Positions 58,778 to 64,000 of a stretch of 64,000 nucleotides of DNA are shown one piece after another (within the stretch, counting starts at the first letter, position 1; each line of letters begins with the position of its first letter). Below the pieces are notes generated by a model that worked only from the letters and a program-made list of their open reading frames with translations, was not told the DNA's origin and did not search any database. Source of the stretch: Saprospiraceae bacterium (GTDB taxonomy: Bacteria > Bacteroidota > Bacteroidia > Chitinophagales > Saprospiraceae); the NCBI GenBank assembly GCA_029252685.1, contig JAQXAY010000148.1:2266-66265 (forward strand). The letters are read 5' to 3'. Made by a program: the position numbers and the translations under genes.

Positions 58778-59251
58778 ATGTCTAATGTAACCTATTTGTC
58801 GCAAGAAGGATACGATAACCTTGTGGCACAGTTGGACGATCTTAAAACACGTGGTAGGACTGAAGCTGCTAAAGCAATTGCCGAGGCAAGAGAAAAAGGA
58901 GATTTGTCTGAAAATGCAGAGTACGATGCTGCTAAAGACGCGCAGGGTTTACTAGAGTTAAAGATCAATCAGTTAGAAACTGTAATGGCTACTGCCAGAG
59001 TACTTGATACGAGTCAGTTGGATAATTCAGAAGTACGAGTACTTTCTAAAGTGCGTATTATGAATTTGAAAATGAAAAAAGAATTCACTTATCAGCTTGT
59101 TGCAGAGTCAGAGGCTAATCTTAAGGAGAAAAAGATCTCAATAGGCTCCCCTATTGGTGAAGGTTTATTAGGTAGGAAGGTTGGAGATGTTACGGAAATA
59201 ACTACTCCAGGTGGAATGATGAAATTTGAAATCCTTGAAATCACAATCTAA
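58778..59251 (+). CDS. greA: Transcription elongation factor GreA
   Basis: 157 aa from the ATG at 58778 (the track starts at TTG 58769). Has the coiled-coil N-terminus with the DLSENAEYDAAK motif and a C-terminal FKBP-like domain. Confidence 0.93.
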   Translation: MSNVTYLSQEGYDNLVAQLDDLKTRGRTEAAKAIAEAREKGDLSENAEYDAAKDAQGLLELKINQLETVMATARVLDTSQLDNSEVRVLSKVRIMNLKMKKEFTYQLVAESEANLKEKKISIGSPIGEGLLGRKVGDVTEITTPGGMMKFEILEITI

Positions 59252-59646
59252 TGGCTGGTATCTTTTCAAAGATTATAGCAGGTGAAATTCCCTGTTACAA
59301 GATCGCAGAGTCTGAAGATTATTTCGCATTTCTAGACATTCGTCCTTTGCAAAAAGGGCATACTTTAGTGATCCCGAAAAGAGAAATTGACTATGTCTTT
59401 GATTTGGAAGATGATGCATTAGCAGGTCTTATGCTTTTTGCAAAACGCGTAGGAAAAGCAATGAAGCAGGTCATTGATTGTAAACGAATAGGAGTATCAA
59501 TTATCGGATTAGAAGTACCACACACGCATATCCACTTAATACCCATCAATTCCTTAAATGATATGGATTTTACAAATCCTATTGATGGACTTGAACCCAA
59601 AGATTTCCAAATAATAGCAGAACAAATTGCCGAAAGGTTTGAATAA
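59251..59646 (+). CDS. HIT-family nucleotide hydrolase/transferase
   Basis: 131 aa with the histidine triad HTHIHLIP. Its ATG overlaps the greA TAA (TAATG). Confidence 0.9.
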   Translation: MAGIFSKIIAGEIPCYKIAESEDYFAFLDIRPLQKGHTLVIPKREIDYVFDLEDDALAGLMLFAKRVGKAMKQVIDCKRIGVSIIGLEVPHTHIHLIPINSLNDMDFTNPIDGLEPKDFQIIAEQIAERFE

Positions 59647-59682
59647 AAAAAAGCCAGTTGAATATACTCAACTGGCTTTTTT
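59647..59682. terminator. Bidirectional intrinsic terminator between the HIT gene and gldB
   Basis: A-run, 11-bp stem aagccagttga/tcaactggctt with a 6-nt loop, then a T-run. It occupies the whole gap between the convergent stops. Confidence 0.8.
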
Positions 59683-59683
59683 C

Positions 59684-60721
59684 TTATCGGCTCGGTCTGT
59701 ATTTTGATCGTGCAAGAAACTCTTGAGCGTCATTAAGTTTTAATAAATCCTCAAAACTAGTTTCTGGGTTATTTCTCATGTAGGCATCTACCATTCTATA
59801 CCCAATGTAATTGGCTGTTCTTCCGGGTGCTTCTGCAGGCATTCCTGATGCATTAGGACTATGATCAACTAGTTTTCTGAAATCCTGCCAGAGGGTTGAA
59901 TATAAAAGTTCTTGATCAATCAAATGCGCATAAATGTTAGACTCATTAGCAGCTACCCAATCCATTTTTTCCTTGCTATATTGGTGGATAACAGTATCCG
60001 ACAGCTCTGGAAGTAATGCATCTAAAATGTAAAGTTCTTTGCCATTGTCGAGCATGTAATCGATGAGTTTACGATCTGCTTTTTCTGCATTCATATCATC
60101 AATAAGAGGATAGAGGGTGTTTCGTACAATATAGTCCTTGTTGTAATGTTGGCTCAAGTAATTTGAGAAGTTCGGATTGCCAGCATTTAAAAGTAAATAG
60201 GGGTAATCCGCACCTAAAAAGAAATCGAGACCGACTGCAAGTGAATTTTCAGAGTAGATGAAATTGGAAACAGTATATTCTGATACAAATGTCGTAATAT
60301 CAGGAACCTGTCTATCTGGAAAATAATACTTGAAATACTTAAATGCTTCTTCAAATGCATTTCCGGATAAGCCTTTGTATAATTCTTGACTTCGCTCATA
60401 CATAACAAGAACCATAGAATCCGATAAAAAACCATTGATTATATCTGTCGGACCTTCTGGAAATAAAACCGAGTCAAAGACAGGAAAAAGCTGACCAAAA
60501 TAGATATCGGAAAAAGCTGGATAATCCTGCATTAGTCGATCTAGTTCTGCAGCAGTATTATTTGTATCTATATTGAATAGGTCTTGTTCAAAGTGTTTCA
60601 CCTCTACTTCTACTGTAATACCTGTAAGATCTGGTTTGATAGGACCTTTATTACAAGCGTACAAGGAGAACACTATCATACTGAACAAGAATCCTCGGAA
60701 CACTAATTTTTGTTTTATCAT
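59684..60721 (-). CDS. gldB: Gliding motility lipoprotein GldB
   Basis: 345 aa with lipobox SLYAC. The N-terminal region (VEVKHFEQDLF...L..LMQDYPAF) and the overall length fit GldB as I remember it. Confidence 0.6.
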   Translation of the reverse strand: MIKQKLVFRGFLFSMIVFSLYACNKGPIKPDLTGITVEVEVKHFEQDLFNIDTNNTAAELDRLMQDYPAFSDIYFGQLFPVFDSVLFPEGPTDIINGFLSDSMVLVMYERSQELYKGLSGNAFEEAFKYFKYYFPDRQVPDITTFVSEYTVSNFIYSENSLAVGLDFFLGADYPYLLLNAGNPNFSNYLSQHYNKDYIVRNTLYPLIDDMNAEKADRKLIDYMLDNGKELYILDALLPELSDTVIHQYSKEKMDWVAANESNIYAHLIDQELLYSTLWQDFRKLVDHSPNASGMPAEAPGRTANYIGYRMVDAYMRNNPETSFEDLLKLNDAQEFLARSKYRPSR

Positions 60722-60902
60722 CCTTCTCGATTAAAGTATAATTTATATCACCTCTTAAATAATAATCCTATACGAATAGGGGTTAATCATAAAATTGGAT
60801 CTTTGATGTATTCGATGCTAAAATTCTTAAATTAAATGCTAATAATCTATTATTATTGTTTTTAAATCTTCAATTTTCATCAAACGCTTAAAATTCATTC
60901 CT

Positions 60903-61667
60903 ATGAAAAAAAGTTGGCTGTTATTGCTTTTGATAAGCAGTATGTTTAGTGCAGTAACTAATGCACAGACAGAGACCCGTTTTGGAATTCAATTAGCACC
61001 TACCTTTTCATGGCTTACAACAGATTACGGTGATATTGGCTCCAATGGCAGTAATCTTGGGTTTGCAATGGCTATTAAGGCCGATATGTTCTTTGCCGAA
61101 AAGGCGGCATTTTCTTTTGGACTTGGACTTGGACTTAATCAAGGCGGAAGATTATTACATAATAATCCCGGAGATTATTTCTTCAATTCTGAGCTTTCAG
61201 AAAATATCCTTCACGCATTGCCAGAACTTTCAGATATACGATATAAGGTTAATTATATCCAAGTACCATTAAGCCTAAAAATTTTAACGGATGAAATCTT
61301 ACAGTTAAGGGATATGCGTTTCTCTGTTGATGCGCCTATTTTTACACTTGGCCTGAGGAATAAAGCATTCGCTGACATTACTGGTCTAAGTGGAGTGCAA
61401 GGATTTGAGGACAATTTTTATAAAGAGATCGTTTCGAAAGATGTTAATCCCTTGGACTTGAGCTGGGGTTTTGGAATCGGTATGGAGTATAATCTATCCG
61501 GAACATCTAGAGATGGGACATCTTTGCTTGTTGGACTTACTTATGCACAGTCGATTTTTGATATAACAAAGAATGACGGTTCTAGAATTGTCGACGGTTT
61601 GATCGAAGAGGAAAACTCATCGGCTACTCGACATAATATTAATATTGTTGTTGGAATGGCCTTTTAA
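60903..61667 (+). CDS. Outer-membrane beta-barrel protein (OMP_b-brl_2 / PorT-like porin family)
   Basis: 254 aa with a signal peptide (AVTNAQ), an alternating-strand pattern and a terminal VVGMAF. Confidence 0.55.
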   Translation: MKKSWLLLLLISSMFSAVTNAQTETRFGIQLAPTFSWLTTDYGDIGSNGSNLGFAMAIKADMFFAEKAAFSFGLGLGLNQGGRLLHNNPGDYFFNSELSENILHALPELSDIRYKVNYIQVPLSLKILTDEILQLRDMRFSVDAPIFTLGLRNKAFADITGLSGVQGFEDNFYKEIVSKDVNPLDLSWGFGIGMEYNLSGTSRDGTSLLVGLTYAQSIFDITKNDGSRIVDGLIEEENSSATRHNINIVVGMAF

Positions 61668-61677
61668 TTATTAGAGT

Positions 61678-62544
61678 ATGAACAAACTTGATTTCAATAA
61701 TAAAACACAGTTTTTAAAATTCTTTATTGATAATGCACTGATGGAAGATCAAGGCGATGGAGATCACACTTCATTGGCTTGTGTTGGCGCAGAGGACGAA
61801 GATACTGCTATCCTCAAAGTTAAGGATGAGGGTATCTTGGCAGGAGTAGAACTTATGGAGCATATCTTTAAAGCAGTTGATCCCAATGCACGAATCAATA
61901 TCTTTAAGAAAGATGGTTCTTTTGTGCAGCATGGAGATATTGCATTTCAGGTTCACTGTAAAAGTCGAGCACTACTATTGGCAGAACGCCTTGTCTTGAA
62001 TACTATGCAACGAATGTCTGGAGTGGCGACTACTGCTCGGATGTATGCTGATGCTGTGAAAGATTTTCCTGTACAAATATTGGATACACGTAAGACTATG
62101 CCATTGAACAGGTTCTTACAGAAATGGGCTGTGCAAATAGGTGGTTGTAGTAATTATCGTTTTGGGCTGTTTGATCGTATAATGATAAAAGATAATCATG
62201 TGGATGCTTCAGGAGGCATGCAGGAGGCGATAGAACGCGTTCAGGACTACTTACAAGAAATGGGTAAAAGCCTTGAAATGACAGTAGAAGTTCGGGATCT
62301 TGAAGAACTTGAATTAGTTATGGCCTATGACTCTGTGAACCGAGTGATGCTGGATAATTTTAGTATGGAAGACATGCGAATTGCGGTAGCACGAGTGGAC
62401 AAGAAAAAAGAAGTTGAAGCATCTGGAGGGATTACAATAGATGTTCTTAAAGAAGTAGCATCAACTGGTGTCGATTTTATTTCAGTAGGAGCTCTAACGC
62501 ACTCTGCTCCTTCTTTGGATTTGAGTCTTAAAGTTAGGAAATGA
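61678..62544 (+). CDS. nadC: Nicotinate-nucleotide diphosphorylase (carboxylating)
   Basis: 288 aa, typical QPRTase sequence (ERLVLNTMQRMSGVAT...ILDTRKT.P..R...K.AV..GG..NHR.GL.D...IKDNH). Confidence 0.92.
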   Translation: MNKLDFNNKTQFLKFFIDNALMEDQGDGDHTSLACVGAEDEDTAILKVKDEGILAGVELMEHIFKAVDPNARINIFKKDGSFVQHGDIAFQVHCKSRALLLAERLVLNTMQRMSGVATTARMYADAVKDFPVQILDTRKTMPLNRFLQKWAVQIGGCSNYRFGLFDRIMIKDNHVDASGGMQEAIERVQDYLQEMGKSLEMTVEVRDLEELELVMAYDSVNRVMLDNFSMEDMRIAVARVDKKKEVEASGGITIDVLKEVASTGVDFISVGALTHSAPSLDLSLKVRK

Positions 62545-62587
62545 TTAGTCAGCGATTTAAAATTGCTGTGATAATATAAACGATACT

Positions 62588-62627
62588 ACAAAGGCTTAGG
62601 ACTAAGGTCCAAGCCTTTGTTTGTTTT
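62588..62627 (+). terminator. Probable nadC terminator (long interrupted hairpin)
   Basis: acaaaggctt-a-ggac/taag/gtcc-a-aagcctttgt followed by ttgtttt. Confidence 0.55.
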
Positions 62628-62736
62628 ATTCCAAATTCACCTTTTTGTAAATTCATTATAGTCTTGAAAACGTAGATGGATATCAAGATTAGGGTCAATC
62701 CGATCATTTAAGATTCCTTTGCGAGGAGTCTAATTG

Positions 62737-63774
62737 CTATGCTTTATCTAGAATCGCTTTGTTGATATCTCTGATCAGCCCAGGACCGTAATATACGAGT
62801 CCAGAATAAACCTGAACAAGAGATGCTCCTGCCTCTAGCTTTTCAATTGCATCCTCTGGTTTTGAGATTCCACCAACCCCTACAATGGGAATGGATCCAT
62901 TACTCTTAGTATGTATATAACGAATGATTTCTGTCGAACGGTTCCTAAGTGGCGCTCCACTGAGTCCTCCATTACCAATTTGTTGTATTACTGACTGATC
63001 GGTGGAAAGGTTGGACCTGTCGATGGTTGTATTCGTAGCAATGAGCCCATCAATTTTTGTATCTGAAACAATATCAATGATATCATCCAATTGTCCCTCA
63101 GTTAGGTCAGGAGCGATTTTTAATAAGATGGGTTTTGGAGCAATCTTATCTTGATTTAGCTTTTGAATGCTGTTGAGCAGTTTTGTGAGTGGTTCTTTTT
63201 CTTGTAGGTCTCTTAGGTTTGGTGTGTTTGGCGAGCTAACATTTACTACAAAATAATCTACATAAGGATAAAGCGCCTCGAAGCAGATTTCATAATCTCT
63301 AAACGCCATTTCATTAGGGGTCACCTTGTTCTTGCCTATATTACCTCCAATTATGATTCTGTCGTTAGACCTTTTTTTGATACGCTCCACAAAAGCATCT
63401 AAGCCTTCGTTGTTGAATCCCATTCTGTTGATAAGTGCAGCATCTTCTTTCAATCGAAAAAGTCTGGGTTTAGGATTCCCATCTTGAGGTTTGGGGGTGA
63501 CAGTACCAATTTCAATAAAACCGAAGCCTAAGTTTTCGAGATCCTTGAAATATCTTCCGTCTTTGTCAAAACCAGCAGCAAGCCCCACTGGGTTATCAAA
63601 ATTTAAGCCAAATAGTGTTCTTTGGAGCTTTTTATCTTCAAGTGTATATAAGGACTTAAATATTTTCTTTCCAAATGGTAAAGAAAGAGAAAGACGAAAT
63701 AACTGCATCGTTATTTTATGTGCTTTTTCCGGTTGAAAAGAAAAAAGCAATGGTTTTAAGATCGTTTTATACAT
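62737..63774 (-). CDS. pyrD: Dihydroorotate dehydrogenase (quinone), class 2
   Basis: 345 aa with an N-terminal membrane-association helix and the motifs [25 protein letters not shown] and GGLSG. Confidence 0.95.
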   Translation of the reverse strand: MYKTILKPLLFSFQPEKAHKITMQLFRLSLSLPFGKKIFKSLYTLEDKKLQRTLFGLNFDNPVGLAAGFDKDGRYFKDLENLGFGFIEIGTVTPKPQDGNPKPRLFRLKEDAALINRMGFNNEGLDAFVERIKKRSNDRIIIGGNIGKNKVTPNEMAFRDYEICFEALYPYVDYFVVNVSSPNTPNLRDLQEKEPLTKLLNSIQKLNQDKIAPKPILLKIAPDLTEGQLDDIIDIVSDTKIDGLIATNTTIDRSNLSTDQSVIQQIGNGGLSGAPLRNRSTEIIRYIHTKSNGSIPIVGVGGISKPEDAIEKLEAGASLVQVYSGLVYYGPGLIRDINKAILDKA

Positions 63775-63791
63775 ACCTTCTGACTATGCGT

Positions 63792-64000
63792 TTAGAAATA
63801 TTCTTTTATAATTTCTTTCAATTCACTTAATATCATTGCCGTTGCTCCCCACACTACTCTACCCTCAAGTTCAAAATAAGGGACCATTTTTAAAGTTATA
63901 TGCTCTGATATTCTTATGTCTTTATGCTTAATGTTTTCAGGGTCTAAAAGTGTCTTGATATCTACTTCAAATATATCCTTTACTTCGGATTCTTGTGGCT
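63792..64000 (-). CDS. NUDIX (CoA pyrophosphatase-like) hydrolase, C-terminal fragment (5' end outside window)
   Basis: The frame is open from the window edge to the TAA at 63792-63794 (checked triplet by triplet). The translation ...MVPYFELEGRVVWGATAMILSELKEIIKEYF has a VWGATA.IL ending typical of NudL-type NUDIX proteins. It is not in the ORF track. Confidence 0.45.
   Translation of the reverse strand, partial: PQESEVKDIFEVDIKTLLDPENIKHKDIRISEHITLKMVPYFELEGRVVWGATAMILSELKEIIKEYF

Noticed and set aside
62549-62707. 52-aa two-helix membrane ORF on the minus strand downstream of pyrD (MIGLTLILISIYVFKTIMNLQKGEFGIKQTKAWTLVLSLCSIVYIITAILNR)
   Set aside because: It looks hydrophobic and plausible, but it fully contains the long hairpin that best explains nadC termination (62588-62620), and it is below the size where I can judge coding potential by eye. 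I left it unannotated. It is worth a look with ribosome profiling or conservation analysis.
1-64000. Search for tRNA/rRNA genes, CRISPR repeats, IS elements, integrases, phage genes, toxin-antitoxin pairs or restriction-modification/defence islands
   Set aside because: None found. Every intergenic region is short (416 nt or less). There are no regularly spaced direct repeats, no T-arm-like GGTTCGAATCC sequences and no transposase- or recombinase-like ORFs. The window reads as core chromosome.

Overview
AT-rich chromosomal segment (roughly high-30s % GC by eye). It looks like a gliding Bacteroidota genome, probably Flavobacteriia-like, based on gldH and gldB, many T9SS C-terminal sorting domains, PorZ-like and PorV/PorQ-like genes, bshA, and TAnnTTTG-type promoter boxes. 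The window is densely packed with about 55 protein genes, mostly core housekeeping: polA, lpxD, mnmG, ftcD, acyl-CoA synthetases, nadD, dnaN, mreBCD-mrdA, folA, grpE-dnaJ, carB, greA, nadC and pyrD. I saw no rRNA, tRNA, CRISPR array, transposase, integrase or prophage signal. Two CDSs run off the window ends and are missing from the ORF track (1-864 minus, 63792-64000 minus). The best candidate for an undescribed system is the apparent operon at about 49.7-58.5 kb. It encodes an oversized 1204-aa TonB-dependent-receptor-like barrel, a 1334-aa acidic secreted protein with a T9SS-type C-terminal domain and no recognisable catalytic family, and a 349-aa PorV/PorQ-family barrel. The locus has a 416-bp upstream leader and a strong terminator. 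Secondary oddities: an in-frame TGA followed by a protein-like 42-codon extension and an A12 tract (8521-8652); a perfect DnaA box in the dnaN promoter; an acyl-CoA synthetase paralog lacking its C-terminal lid domain; tandem paralogous small Cys-lipoproteins; a CarB lacking the allosteric domain; gldH fused into the grpE-dnaJ operon; and a structured greA leader. All family assignments come from reading motifs by eye, with no database search.
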